Notes: a model not told the origin generated them from the sequence alone. Shown: positions 1 through 9,649, counted from the first letter of the stretch. The stretch is DNA of 64,000 nt from an uncultured Nitrospirales bacterium (GCA_964542245.1 CAZITU010000001.1:22627-86626), one strand, 5' to 3'. Numbers and translations: made by a program.

Positions 1-47
1 ATCCCGCCGTCGAGAAGGGAAAGATTGATAAGATCGTCAAGCCCAAG

Positions 48-830
48 ATGGAAACCCCCGAAACCCGCCGGGCCAAGTTGGAAGAACTGATCAAGAAATC
101 GCAAGAACTGCAGGCGAAGGCCGAAGCCTTAACGGCCAAGCTCGAACAGCTCGCCCCGACGCCTTCCGAAGGCGCACCGGGAGGGGCCCCCGTGGCACTG
201 CCGGCTTCCGCCGGTGGAGGCGACATCATCGCCCGCGGCATGGAAGTCTACGACCTGCACGAGTGTTACAACTGCCACAAGATCGGGGGCAAAGGTTCGG
301 TCAAGAAGCGCGGCCCTGTCATGGACAACATCGGCAATCTGCTGACGCAGGAGGACATCAAGAAAAAGGTTTTCGATCCGACCTATCTTTACGCCGAGGG
401 TTTCGAGAAGGAGCACAAGAAGGGGCAGATGCCCGACAAATACAAGGAACTGATGTCGGATGAAGAGGTGACGGCCCTGGCCGCCTACCTGGCCACGCTG
501 AAAAACCCGGCGGTCGAAACTCCGAAGCCGGTCTTCGTGAAGACCAAGGTGGACCATGGCTTCATCGTGTACGGGTACGTGCGGGACAAGGCCGGGAAAC
601 CGGTGCCGGACATGCCGGTCAACGCCCAGCCGCTGAAGCCCGGCCGCGAGGGGCACGGCGGCAAGACGAACAAGGAAGGCTACTACGAGATTTTCCTCCA
701 CATCCACAACGAGGACACCGGCACGAAAATCGTCGTCTCCGCCAATAACGTCAAGAAAGAGATCACGGCCAACTACAACCCCGAGGACAAGGTTACCAAG
801 CGCCAGGCCGCCGTGGACCTCGTGCTGTAG
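48..830 (+). CDS. c-type cytochrome domain protein with a coiled-coil-like N-terminus and a carboxypeptidase-regulatory-like C-terminal domain. The 5' end may lie outside the window.
   Basis: Single CxxCH haem motif (CYNCH, nt 264-278). The C-terminal GYVRDKAGKPV...TNKEGYYEI pattern resembles CarboxypepD_reg beta-sandwiches. The frame is open from nt 3 to the ATG at 48. Confidence 0.7.
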   Translation: METPETRRAKLEELIKKSQELQAKAEALTAKLEQLAPTPSEGAPGGAPVALPASAGGGDIIARGMEVYDLHECYNCHKIGGKGSVKKRGPVMDNIGNLLTQEDIKKKVFDPTYLYAEGFEKEHKKGQMPDKYKELMSDEEVTALAAYLATLKNPAVETPKPVFVKTKVDHGFIVYGYVRDKAGKPVPDMPVNAQPLKPGREGHGGKTNKEGYYEIFLHIHNEDTGTKIVVSANNVKKEITANYNPEDKVTKRQAAVDLVL

Positions 831-831
831 G

Positions 832-1110
832 TCATCCCTTCCGCAGGCGGCGGGGAGGGCCTCCGCGCCGGTGCCGAGCCGTCTTTCCGGCCGGTGGGTG
901 CGCGCGGGCGTCGAGTCGGAGCAGCTCTTCGTGGATGAGCGTCCGCGCAGCGTTGCCGATCCGTTCCCGTAAAGCGCGGTCCACTCCCGCCTCGGCGAGG
1001 GTTTTCCCCGCCGCCCGGGGGGAGCCCCGCGCCAAGAGCACCGTTCTTACGATGGGGACATCGAGTTTGAGCTGCGCGGCGATCTGCTTAGCGAGATCCT
1101 GCAGCTTCAT
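832..1110 (-). CDS. hypothetical small basic protein (92 aa from MKLQDLAKQ)
   Basis: The ORF exactly fills the gap between the cytochrome stop and the dut stop. High third-position GC. ATG at 1108-1110. No recognisable domain. Confidence 0.4.
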   Translation of the reverse strand: MKLQDLAKQIAAQLKLDVPIVRTVLLARGSPRAAGKTLAEAGVDRALRERIGNAARTLIHEELLRLDARAHPPAGKTARHRRGGPPRRLRKG

Positions 1111-1117
1111 TGACGAA

Positions 1118-1561
1118 TCACGTTCCGGTGGACCCGAACCCACCCGTTCCGCGTGGGGACGGCGGCAGGCTGTCGGTTTCCTCCAGCTCAGGCGAGGCGA
1201 TCGGCAGGACAATCAACTGCGCGATCCGCGCGCCTTCCTCCACGACAAAATCCAGGCCTGACAAGTTCTTCAGTTCGACCTGGATTTCGCCTCTGTAATC
1301 CGAGTCAATCCAACCGGCGCCGACTTCGATGTTGTTGCGCGTCGAGAGCCCGGACCGCGAGCCGATCCGTCCCACATGGCCCGGCGGAAGGCTCACGGCG
1401 ATTCCGGTCGGGACCAGGGCGTGTCCGATGTCGGCGCGCCCGTCGCGCGCCACGGAGGCCGGGACGACCGTGCGCTCGCTGGCGAACAGATCATACCCGG
1501 CGGCGCCCTCCGACGCCCGAACCGGGAGCTTCGCCTGAGGCGACAAGCGGATCACTTTCAC
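1118..1561 (-). CDS. dut: dUTP diphosphatase
   Basis: Conserved dUTPase motifs: AAGYDL, GRIGSRSGL, IDSDYRGEI, RIAQL, GGFGSTG. Confidence 0.92.
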   Translation of the reverse strand: MKVIRLSPQAKLPVRASEGAAGYDLFASERTVVPASVARDGRADIGHALVPTGIAVSLPPGHVGRIGSRSGLSTRNNIEVGAGWIDSDYRGEIQVELKNLSGLDFVVEEGARIAQLIVLPIASPELEETDSLPPSPRGTGGFGSTGT

Positions 1562-2238
1562 GGGCGACTGATCGTGAGGATGCCCTGCCGCGTGGCCACC
1601 AGGACAAGATCGGTCCGCCCGACGAAGAGTCCGGTACAGACCACCCCGGGGATCTTCTCCATCTCGATTTCAAGCACTCCCGGCGCCTCGATCTTCGAGA
1701 ACCACAGGTCGAGGATGTAGTGGGCCGCCTCCGTGACGAAGTGCGTCCCGTCTTTCATCCGCGGCACGACCCGACAACCGAGCCCCTCCAATTGTTTCGC
1801 GGTGGCGCGCCAGCCGAATTGGACGACTTCCACAGGCAGCGGAAATGCCCCGCCCAGAAACGGCACCCGCTTCGTCTCGTCCACAATCACCACGAACCGG
1901 GCCGCGGCCCCCGCAACGACCTTCTCCTTCAGAAGGGCGCCGCCGCCCCCCTTGATGAGGTTCAACTGGGGGTCCACCTGGTCCGCCCCGTCCAGCGCCA
2001 GGTCCACGGCCCATTCGGAGTCGTCGGCCAAGAGCGGAATTCCGGCCTCCATCGCCAGGCGCGCCGTCTCGAGGGAAGTGGGCACGCCCCGAATGCGAAG
2101 ACCGTCGCGCACGCGCTCGGCGAGCTTCCTCATCACGTAGCGGAACGTCGAGCCGGTTCCCAGCCCGACGACCTGCCCGTCCCGGATCAACTCGACCGCC
2201 GCCTCGGCCGCCATCCTCTTGAGCGCGTCCTGGTCCAT
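1558..2238 (-). CDS. rpiA: ribose-5-phosphate isomerase A
   Basis: GLGTGST phosphate-binding motif, DGADQVD and KGGGGALLKEK motifs typical of RpiA. 4-nt overlap with the dut start. Confidence 0.9.
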   Translation of the reverse strand: MDQDALKRMAAEAAVELIRDGQVVGLGTGSTFRYVMRKLAERVRDGLRIRGVPTSLETARLAMEAGIPLLADDSEWAVDLALDGADQVDPQLNLIKGGGGALLKEKVVAGAAARFVVIVDETKRVPFLGGAFPLPVEVVQFGWRATAKQLEGLGCRVVPRMKDGTHFVTEAAHYILDLWFSKIEAPGVLEIEMEKIPGVVCTGLFVGRTDLVLVATRQGILTISRP

Positions 2239-2242
2239 GCCG

Positions 2243-4279
2243 TCAGCGCGCCTTCCTGCCGGAGACGGCGCGCGGAGCCTGCTCGACCGACACGGTCTCC
2301 ACCCAGGCTCGGAGCACCTCGGCCACGGTCCACGCCTGCGCGATGCACCCGCGGGGGGTGAACGGCGGATCGCCGTCGAAGATCTCGCTCAGAGTGCCGA
2401 GCCCATGCGTCTCCAGATGCCGAGCCATCGGCTCCAGGAACGACCGCGCCTGAACCGGATTCCGGTAGACCTTCAGGTGCGCGGTGACGAACGGTCCGAG
2501 CAACCATCCCCAGCCGGTGCCCTGGTGGTAGGCCCCGTCCCGGCTGCGCTGGTCGCCCCGATACCGGCCCACGTACTGCGGATGGTCGGGCGCCAGGCTC
2601 CGCAGGCCGTGCGAGGTCACCAGATGGCGCGCGCAGACATCCACGATCGCCTTCTGTCGGGCCAGGCTCAGAGGGCTGGCGGGAAGCGAGACGGCAAAGA
2701 TCTGATTGGGACGCAGCGAAGGATCGTCCCCATCCGGCCCATCCAGCACGTCGAAGCAATACCCCAACGAGTCGTTCCAGTATCGGTCAAAACCTTCGGC
2801 CGCACGCTTCGCCAGATCCTCGTACTCTCCGGCCGGCTTCTTGGCAATCCGGGCCAACGCCGCCAGGGTGAGGAGCGCGTTGTACCACAGGGCGTTGATC
2901 TCGATCGGCTTCCCGACGCGCGGCGTGACGACCCAGCCGCCGACCTTGGCGTCCATCCACGTGAGCTGGACGCCCTCCTCGCCGGCCCGAATGAGGCCGT
3001 CGGCGTGATCCAACCGGATGCCGTACCGTGTCCCCCGGCGGTGCCAAGTCACGATGTCCGCGAGCACGGGAAAGAGCTCCCGCACGAGCTTGTCGTCGCC
3101 CGTTGCCGCATGATAGGCACGAACCGCCTCAACATACCATAGCGTCGCGTCCACGGTGTTGTATTCCGGCCGCTCGCCGGCGTCCGGAAACCGGTTGGGC
3201 ACCATCCCTTTGTCCACGAAACGGGCGAAGGTCTTCAGGATGCCGCGCGCGATGAGGGGTCGGCCGGTCGTCAACGCGAGCCCAGGAAGGGCGATCATCG
3301 TATCGCGGCCCCAATCCCCGAACCAATGGTAGCCGGCGATGACCGAAAGACCGTCCGGGTCCGCTTCGGAGGGCCGCTCCACGATGAACTGGTCGGCAGC
3401 GCGGACGGTCTGGGTGATCCACGCCGGCACGCGCTCCGTCACGGACGGATGAGCTTTGGCAAACGCGGCGGCGAGCGAACGCTCATGCCGGCTCCGACGC
3501 TGGAGCGCCCGCGCGCCGTCGGGCGAGGGGTCCGAGTCGGTGCTCAGGACAACCGTGAGCGGCAGCCCGACCTCGAGATCGGCCAGCATCACCCCGACGT
3601 GCAGGTGATCCTCGCAATCGTCCAGACCGCGGTACCGCTCGACTGCCAGATCGAACCCACGGTGCCACTCGTGCGCCGCTTCGCTCCGGCCCCGATCCGA
3701 CAACAGGCGAACAGGCACGGCGCCCTCGTATGCGGTCACGACCAAGCCGCGGTCCGTCTGCTCTACCTGCATCCGCCAGCCGTCGCCTCGCGTGCTCCCG
3801 TGGTAGTCGCGGTAATTGACCAGCGCCTTGAGGGCCAGCGCGACGGGCCCGGAACCCCGGACCAGTTCGTAGCGAACGTAGGTGGTGTTGGCCCCTTGCT
3901 CCATCCAGACGCGCTTTTCAAGGAGCGCGTCGGCAAGGGCATAGGTCCAGACCGGGGTGGTGCCCTCAAGGCGGAACCGCTCGAGGTGGCGATACCCGTC
4001 CGGATTCACCACCCCGCCGGTCCACCGATTGGTGAATAAAGGGTAGGCGCGGCCGCCGTACTCCGCCGTTTCATCCACCTTGGCGACCAGGAGAGTCCTG
4101 CCCAGGGGCGGTTTCAGGGCCGCCACGAGCAGGCCGTGATACCGTCGCGTGAGCAAGCCGGCGACCGTCCCCGACGCGTACCCACCGATGCCGTTGGTGA
4201 CCAACCACTCGCGGCCTTCGGCATTCGAAAGGTCGCCGCAGATGTCACGTCCGAAGTCAATGACCTCGTTCACGTCCAT
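2243..4279 (-). CDS. glycogen debranching enzyme family protein (amylo-alpha-1,6-glucosidase, archaeal type)
   Basis: GYHWFGDWGRDTMIALPGL and LTWMDAKVGGWVVTPR motifs of the GDE_C/GDE_N_bis family. Start chosen at MDVNEV (ATG 4277-4279), just after the SDR stop. Confidence 0.82.
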   Translation of the reverse strand: MDVNEVIDFGRDICGDLSNAEGREWLVTNGIGGYASGTVAGLLTRRYHGLLVAALKPPLGRTLLVAKVDETAEYGGRAYPLFTNRWTGGVVNPDGYRHLERFRLEGTTPVWTYALADALLEKRVWMEQGANTTYVRYELVRGSGPVALALKALVNYRDYHGSTRGDGWRMQVEQTDRGLVVTAYEGAVPVRLLSDRGRSEAAHEWHRGFDLAVERYRGLDDCEDHLHVGVMLADLEVGLPLTVVLSTDSDPSPDGARALQRRSRHERSLAAAFAKAHPSVTERVPAWITQTVRAADQFIVERPSEADPDGLSVIAGYHWFGDWGRDTMIALPGLALTTGRPLIARGILKTFARFVDKGMVPNRFPDAGERPEYNTVDATLWYVEAVRAYHAATGDDKLVRELFPVLADIVTWHRRGTRYGIRLDHADGLIRAGEEGVQLTWMDAKVGGWVVTPRVGKPIEINALWYNALLTLAALARIAKKPAGEYEDLAKRAAEGFDRYWNDSLGYCFDVLDGPDGDDPSLRPNQIFAVSLPASPLSLARQKAIVDVCARHLVTSHGLRSLAPDHPQYVGRYRGDQRSRDGAYHQGTGWGWLLGPFVTAHLKVYRNPVQARSFLEPMARHLETHGLGTLSEIFDGDPPFTPRGCIAQAWTVAEVLRAWVETVSVEQAPRAVSGRKAR

Positions 4280-4983
4280 CCGTACACCGGTATGGAAGCG
4301 CCGTGGATAACCTCGGCGTCCTCGGAACACAGAAACAGAATGACCTTGGCGATCGCCTCAGGTTGGGGCCATCCGGCGTGGTCGGCACCCGGCATCACGC
4401 GACGGTTGGCCTCGGTATCAATGATGCTGGGCAAGACGGCATTGACGTTGATCCGGTACGGCTTGACCTCCTCGGCCAGACTCTGGGTCAGGACCAAGTC
4501 GCCCGCTTTGGAGGCCGCGTACGCGGCCGCTCCCGCGTCTCCCTTGAGCCCGGCGCGCGAGGCGACGTTGACGATCCATCCCCGGTTCCGCTTGATCATG
4601 TGCGGAACGATCGCCTTGGCGCAGAGGTAAGCCGATGTGAGGTTGAGGGTCATCATGTGATTCCACGTCGCGAGGTCGGTCTCCCAGACGGCCTTCCCGC
4701 CGACGTAGCCTCCCACGATGTTGATGAGGACATCCACCCGGCCTTGCTGGGCGATGGTCTCTTCGGCAAACCGGGTCACGCCGCCTTCATCCGTCACGTC
4801 CACGTTGCGACAGGCCAGACGCGCGCGATAGGGCGCGGCTTCTTTCTGGAGCCGGTCCTGTTCGGCCGGAACCACGTACGTCGTGACGACCGTCGCTCCC
4901 GCCTTGAGAAACCCAAGCGTCACCGCCCGGCCCAGCCCACCCGTCCCGCCCGTGATGACCGCTACCCTGCCCGTGAAGTCCAT
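4270..4983 (-). CDS. SDR family oxidoreductase
   Basis: TGGTGGLG Rossmann motif, NIVG, and the S...YAASK catalytic pattern of classical short-chain dehydrogenases. Confidence 0.85.
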   Translation of the reverse strand: MDFTGRVAVITGGTGGLGRAVTLGFLKAGATVVTTYVVPAEQDRLQKEAAPYRARLACRNVDVTDEGGVTRFAEETIAQQGRVDVLINIVGGYVGGKAVWETDLATWNHMMTLNLTSAYLCAKAIVPHMIKRNRGWIVNVASRAGLKGDAGAAAYAASKAGDLVLTQSLAEEVKPYRINVNAVLPSIIDTEANRRVMPGADHAGWPQPEAIAKVILFLCSEDAEVIHGASIPVYGWT

Positions 4984-5334
4984 CTAAGGCGCCAAGGAGC
5001 GGATATAGGCCAGCACGTGACGCATGTCGCGCTCGTCGAGCTCGCTCATCCAGCCCGGCATGGCCGTGCCCGGGCGTCCGAACTTGAGGACCTGCAGCAG
5101 GTCCGAATCTTTCTTCTCTTGGGTCTTGGCTGACGTCAGATCCGCCGGCTTGGGGTCCAGGTTGGCCGCCACCACGCCGTCGCCTCGACCGGCGGGTCCG
5201 TGGCAGTTCACACAATTCTGCGTGTAGATTCGCCGGCCTTCATCGAGATTGGGCCGCTGACCGGCGGACGAGCCCGCCCACAGAATCACGCTCACCAATC
5301 CGGTCGCCGCAACTTGACCCACCCGACTGACCAT
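4984..5334 (-). CDS. class I c-type cytochrome (small, secreted)
   Basis: CVNCHG haem motif with a distal MPGW Met ligand region. N-terminal hydrophobic signal. Start at MVSRVGQ (ATG 5332-5334). Confidence 0.8.
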   Translation of the reverse strand: MVSRVGQVAATGLVSVILWAGSSAGQRPNLDEGRRIYTQNCVNCHGPAGRGDGVVAANLDPKPADLTSAKTQEKKDSDLLQVLKFGRPGTAMPGWMSELDERDMRHVLAYIRSLAP

Positions 5335-5464
5335 GCCCAGACACCTCGGCGTGCAACCGTTAGTGACGGCGAGCACAGTATCCTACATTTTCACGGAGGC
5401 ATGCAAGGCGGTTCCGGGCTGAGAACGTGGGGACCATTTGATCGGACCTTCGCGTGTTGTTACA

Positions 5465-7276
5465 ATGCCAGGCGATCTCAGCACGGGAGGGGGAACTTTG
5501 AAGATACCGGCGAGTCTCCTGAAGACCTTCAACGCGACCTTGAGCGAACTGGGCGCCGAGTTGTCCCTGGTCGCCCTCAAGGAAGACGGGTTGGGGCCGC
5601 TCCAGTCGCACGCCCACCGAGGCTTTTCTCCACGCGAGGTCCAGGCCATCATCCGCGCTCTCTCATACCCGGAGGTCGGACTTGATGCGCACGCCGGCAA
5701 CGGCGGTGCAGCCTTGACACCGATCCGCATCCGGATGACCGCGCCTGCCCACCGCTCGCTGCTGAGTATCCCCCTCCGGCACGAGGGGCGAGTTTGCGGA
5801 GCCCTGGTGATCGGACGGAAGGACATTTCCTCCTTCCCTGAGAAAGAGCGGCGCCGACTTGAGGGGAGCGCCGAAGAGATCGAGGCGGCTCTCGGAAAGG
5901 CCGGTGTCCTCATGTGGGAGAGCAGCCGCCACCGTCAACCGAGCGCGCCCGTCCCGGCCGGATCAACGCCGGCGCCTTCCGGCGAGGCCGAGAACCAAGC
6001 GGTGGACTCGCTCATGGGGGAGCTTCGGACCTTGATCCCATACGACCGCGCCCTCCTGAGCCGGTACGAGCCCGACACGAAGACTCTGGTGGCCTTCATG
6101 TCCCACACCGGCGGCATCTGCGAGTGGCGGCAGGAGCAGCCCTTAAAGCTCGACGGATCAGCGGCCGGATGGGTCGTCCGGCATAAGAAACCGAGGCTCG
6201 ACCGCGACCTAGCCTCAACCCAGGGACGGTTCCTGGACTATAAGGAACTCTACAAGGACAAGTTCAAGACGGCGCTGGTGCTCCCTTTGCGGAGAGGATC
6301 AGATCTCATCGGAACAATCGCGCTGGGTTCTCGGACACCGAATCTCTATCACACCGACATGACACGCGCGGCAACCGCCTTGCTGGAGCGGCTTGCCGGC
6401 TTCCTCACGACGGTGGGTCTCCGACCGGGAGCCCCCATCGCGACGGAATCGGTCGGAACGCCGGGCGGCAAAATGTTCTTGCAGGCGGACGTCCCAATGA
6501 GCGCCCAAGATCCCTTGGAGGCCCGGGAGTACCTGCTCCGCCAGGAACGGCAAACGGCGATCCGCGAACTGACGGTCTTTCTTGAGCAGGAGATCCAGCG
6601 GCCGCTGACCAAGACCCGCTTGGACTTGGAAGAGACCATGGGCACCCTGGCCTCCGAGGAAACTCCAACGGTGGGCGCCATGCAGCGAGTGGAGAACGCC
6701 TGCCATGACCTGACCCGGATCGAGGCCATCCTCAACGAGATCCTGGACCACGCCAAACCTCTGGACCTTCGCCCGCGCGTGGTCCGGATCCCGGAGATCA
6801 TCGAAAGCGCCGTGTCGGTCATCACCGGCGAGTTGGAGCAGAATCGCATCACCGTCACACGGCAGTTCTCCGACGTCCTCCCGGCCATCAAGGCGGATGA
6901 GGGCAAACTCCAGCAGGTCTTTCTCAGCATTCTCAAGAACGCCCTGGAGGCCATGACGCCGGAAGGGCACATCCATCTCGAGGCGGTCCCCCACAAAGGC
7001 GTGCGCGGCCGGCATGAGGTCGCCATCACGATCCGGAACGACGGCGCCCCGATCCCCACCGAGTATATCGGCAAGCTCTTCGAGCCCGGATTCACCACCA
7101 AGGCCGCCGGAACCGGGCTGGGGCTCTCCTCGGTCAAGAAAATCATCGAGGAACACCGCGGACAGATCTCGATCGCCAGCGGCCCGGGCCAGGGCACGAC
7201 GGTGATCATCCGCCTTCCTGCGCATACCGCTCCACGCCCAGGCGGGCGCGGGCGCCATCGCCCCCGTCGGCGCTAG
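5465..7276 (+). CDS. GAF domain-containing sensor histidine kinase (soluble, orphan)
   Basis: C-terminal HATPase_c motifs (NALEAM, RNDG, GTGLGLS). Upstream GAF-like regions. No TM segments and no adjacent response regulator. The start is uncertain (TTG 5438 or ATG 5465). Confidence 0.8.
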   Translation: MPGDLSTGGGTLKIPASLLKTFNATLSELGAELSLVALKEDGLGPLQSHAHRGFSPREVQAIIRALSYPEVGLDAHAGNGGAALTPIRIRMTAPAHRSLLSIPLRHEGRVCGALVIGRKDISSFPEKERRRLEGSAEEIEAALGKAGVLMWESSRHRQPSAPVPAGSTPAPSGEAENQAVDSLMGELRTLIPYDRALLSRYEPDTKTLVAFMSHTGGICEWRQEQPLKLDGSAAGWVVRHKKPRLDRDLASTQGRFLDYKELYKDKFKTALVLPLRRGSDLIGTIALGSRTPNLYHTDMTRAATALLERLAGFLTTVGLRPGAPIATESVGTPGGKMFLQADVPMSAQDPLEAREYLLRQERQTAIRELTVFLEQEIQRPLTKTRLDLEETMGTLASEETPTVGAMQRVENACHDLTRIEAILNEILDHAKPLDLRPRVVRIPEIIESAVSVITGELEQNRITVTRQFSDVLPAIKADEGKLQQVFLSILKNALEAMTPEGHIHLEAVPHKGVRGRHEVAITIRNDGAPIPTEYIGKLFEPGFTTKAAGTGLGLSSVKKIIEEHRGQISIASGPGQGTTVIIRLPAHTAPRPGGRGRHRPRRR

Positions 7277-7288
7277 TCGCCGCGCCTC

Positions 7289-7318
7289 TTGACAGTGGAT
7301 CGGCGAATCAGGTATGGT
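7289..7318 (+). promoter_or_regulatory. sigma70-like promoter candidate for the first small secreted protein gene
   Basis: TTGACA (7289-7294), 18-nt spacer, TATGGT (7313-7318), about 70 nt upstream of the ATG at 7389. Confidence 0.35.
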
Positions 7319-7388
7319 CGCGGTGATTCGGCGGGCCCCCTTTCTTTCGGGTCATCTAGAATTGGCTCTTTTAATAAGGAGGGTTTCA

Positions 7389-7730
7389 ATGAAACGCACA
7401 CTGCTTGGGATCGCATTGGTTTCAGGGTTTATGTTCATGGTCTCTTCGGCTTTCGCCAACCCGTCGCTGCTGAAGAAACACGAAGGCTACCCCGACGAGA
7501 CGGGGAAGGCGACGACGGCGAGCGGCGAGGCCGCTGCGCAGAAGGCCGCACAAGACGCTCCTAAGACGCTGAAGGATCAAAACCTCTCCGCTTCCGGGGG
7601 CCAGGTTGACACGCTTAAGCGAGGCGAGGCGCGTTCCCTGCCCACGCCCACGGGCCCAGGCTACGTCGGCAAGGGCGTGACCGAAAATCATGTGAAAGAG
7701 GCCACCAAGGTCAACGCCTCGCCAAGATAA
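7389..7730 (+). CDS. small secreted protein, paralog 1 (unknown family)
   Basis: AAGGAGG SD 7 nt upstream of the ATG. Signal peptide MKRTLLGIALVSGFMFMVSSAFA. The mature part aligns colinearly with the 7942-8277 product. Confidence 0.65.
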   Translation: MKRTLLGIALVSGFMFMVSSAFANPSLLKKHEGYPDETGKATTASGEAAAQKAAQDAPKTLKDQNLSASGGQVDTLKRGEARSLPTPTGPGYVGKGVTENHVKEATKVNASPR

Positions 7731-7752
7731 GCCGGCGACAGCGTTCGCATCG

Positions 7753-7789
7753 GGGGAGGGTCCTGACCGGACCCTCCCCTTTTTATTTT
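7753..7789 (+). terminator. rho-independent terminator
   Basis: Perfect 11-bp GC-rich stem GGGGAGGGTCC / GGACCCTCCCC, 5-nt loop, followed by TTTTTATTTT. Confidence 0.75.
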
Positions 7790-7941
7790 CGGTCGGTCTT
7801 GACGTGCGCGCCGTGGGAAGCACAGACTAAGCGCATAATCCGAGCCGGTCGGGAGCATGGGCTGGATTACACGAAAGGAGGTTAGTCGGATCGCCTGTTC
7901 CCCTTCAACCTCGCTCGATCATATATAAGGAGGTACGCACC

Positions 7942-8277
7942 ATGAAAGCCATTTATTACGCAGGGGCAGTGGTCTCCTCTCTCGCCTTCACTGCCACCGT
8001 CGCCCTTGCCAATCCCGCGATGATGAAGAAGAAGTTCGAGGGTTATCCGAACGAGGGAGGCGGCACGACGGCGACCGGAGCGGCGGCCGCGGAAAAAGGC
8101 GCAGCAGATGCCCCGAAGGAATTGAAGGACCAACTGAGAAGTGCCGGCGAAGGGGACCGTCAATTGAAGCGCGGAGGCGATTCGCGCTTACCCACGGTCA
8201 CCGACCCCGGTTATGTCGGCAAGGGCGTGACGGAAGGGCATATCAAGGACGCGACAAAGGTAAGCCCCAACCCGTAA
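7942..8277 (+). CDS. small secreted protein, paralog 2 (unknown family)
   Basis: AAGGAGG SD upstream. Signal peptide ending ALA|NP. Shares the EGYP, DAPKxLKDQ, LKRG and PGYVGKGVTE..ATKV blocks with paralog 1. Confidence 0.65.
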   Translation: MKAIYYAGAVVSSLAFTATVALANPAMMKKKFEGYPNEGGGTTATGAAAAEKGAADAPKELKDQLRSAGEGDRQLKRGGDSRLPTVTDPGYVGKGVTEGHIKDATKVSPNP

Positions 8278-8300
8278 TGTGAGGAGCTACGGCGGGAAAG

Positions 8301-9521
8301 TCAGCGCCCCTGGCTCTCCCGCTCGTCGCCGGCCCACGTTTTTACCCACGGCAACAAGAGAAACGCCGGCCAGGCCAGGAAAAACGTCGCGGTAAAGTAT
8401 GCGGCGTAGCCGAACTCTTCGGTCACCACGCCGGAGAACGTCCCGGACAGAGCACCGGTCAGGCCGAACAGTGCGCTCAAGAGAGCGTACTGCGTGGCCG
8501 CATGAGCCTTCGAACAGATGCTCATGAGGAAGGCCAGAAAGGGCGCGGTCCCCAAGCCGCCACAGAACGACTCGATGAAGGACGCGGCATACATGAGCGG
8601 CGTGGACGGCGGCAGCGCCGCGGCCGCCGCATAGACCAGATTGGAGACCGCCTGGAAAATGCCGAGCACCCAGAGCGCCCGAAAGATCCCCCATCGGCTG
8701 GTCAGCCCTCCGCCCAGCAAGGCCCCGGCAATCGTGGCCACAACCCCGAATGTTCCAGGAATCAGTGCTATCTCGCTCAAGCTAAAATGACGATCCACCC
8801 AAAACGGCTCCACCATCGGGCCGAGGGCCATGTCACCCAGCTTGAACGTCAACACGAAAACGGCCACGCCCAAAAATCCGGGACGCTGGAGAAACAGTCG
8901 CAGCGGTGTGAGGATCGCCTCCTGCAACGACGGCGGAGGGATGACCCCCTCCCGCGCTCCTGCTGAAACCAAAGTGGGCGCCCGAGACGACACCACAGAG
9001 ATTCCAGCCAGAACCAAGGCTGCGCCGATAAACGCCGCCGTCCAACCGAAGAAATCGGCCGCTGCAATCAATATTCCGCCAGAGCCGATAAGGGCCAAGC
9101 GATAAGCCGTCACCCGCACTCCATTGGCCGGCCCCAGTTCTCTCTTCTCCATAAGCTGGATCGTATACGCGTCAATGGCGATGTCCTGGGTAGCCGCGAA
9201 GATGGCCAGGATAACGAGCAGAGCCCCTACCATCCATACGAGATTCGCTGGATGCATGGCTGCAAACCCTAGAAGGGAAACACCTATGAGCGCTTGGGAA
9301 ACCCAGATCCATGTGCGACGGCTTCCCCAAAGATCAACCGCCGGCGCCCATAATAACTTGAGTGTCCACGGCAGACGGGCTAGGCTCAAGAAACCAATAT
9401 CGGCGAGGCTTATCTCTTGGAGCCGCAGATACGTCGGGATGACTTTCACGACTATCCCGAAGGGGAACCCCTCGGCGAAGTACAGGACAGCCACCCAAAA
9501 AAGTTTCTGCCGCGTGCTCAT
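8301..9521 (-). CDS. MFS transporter (AmpG/PAT-like family)
   Basis: About 12 predicted TM helices by eye. N-terminal YFAEGFPFG...LKLLWAP motif resembles AmpG-type MFS permeases. Confidence 0.75.
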   Translation of the reverse strand: MSTRQKLFWVAVLYFAEGFPFGIVVKVIPTYLRLQEISLADIGFLSLARLPWTLKLLWAPAVDLWGSRRTWIWVSQALIGVSLLGFAAMHPANLVWMVGALLVILAIFAATQDIAIDAYTIQLMEKRELGPANGVRVTAYRLALIGSGGILIAAADFFGWTAAFIGAALVLAGISVVSSRAPTLVSAGAREGVIPPPSLQEAILTPLRLFLQRPGFLGVAVFVLTFKLGDMALGPMVEPFWVDRHFSLSEIALIPGTFGVVATIAGALLGGGLTSRWGIFRALWVLGIFQAVSNLVYAAAAALPPSTPLMYAASFIESFCGGLGTAPFLAFLMSICSKAHAATQYALLSALFGLTGALSGTFSGVVTEEFGYAAYFTATFFLAWPAFLLLPWVKTWAGDERESQGR

Positions 9522-9585
9522 GTTAGGAAATCACAAAGGGGAGGTTGATAGCACGTTCACGGCTGAGCGTCAAACTGTCTCAGTC

Positions 9586-9613
9586 TTGATTCGGAGGAGC
9601 GGCATGGTATACT
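9586..9613 (+). promoter_or_regulatory. sigma70-like promoter candidate for the three-gene unknown operon
   Basis: TTGATT (9586-9591), 16-nt spacer, TATACT (9608-9613). GAGGA SD 6 nt before the ATG at 9650. Confidence 0.35.
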
Positions 9614-9649
9614 GAATTCCAGGTAACCCAGCGACAGCGAGGATCGGGC

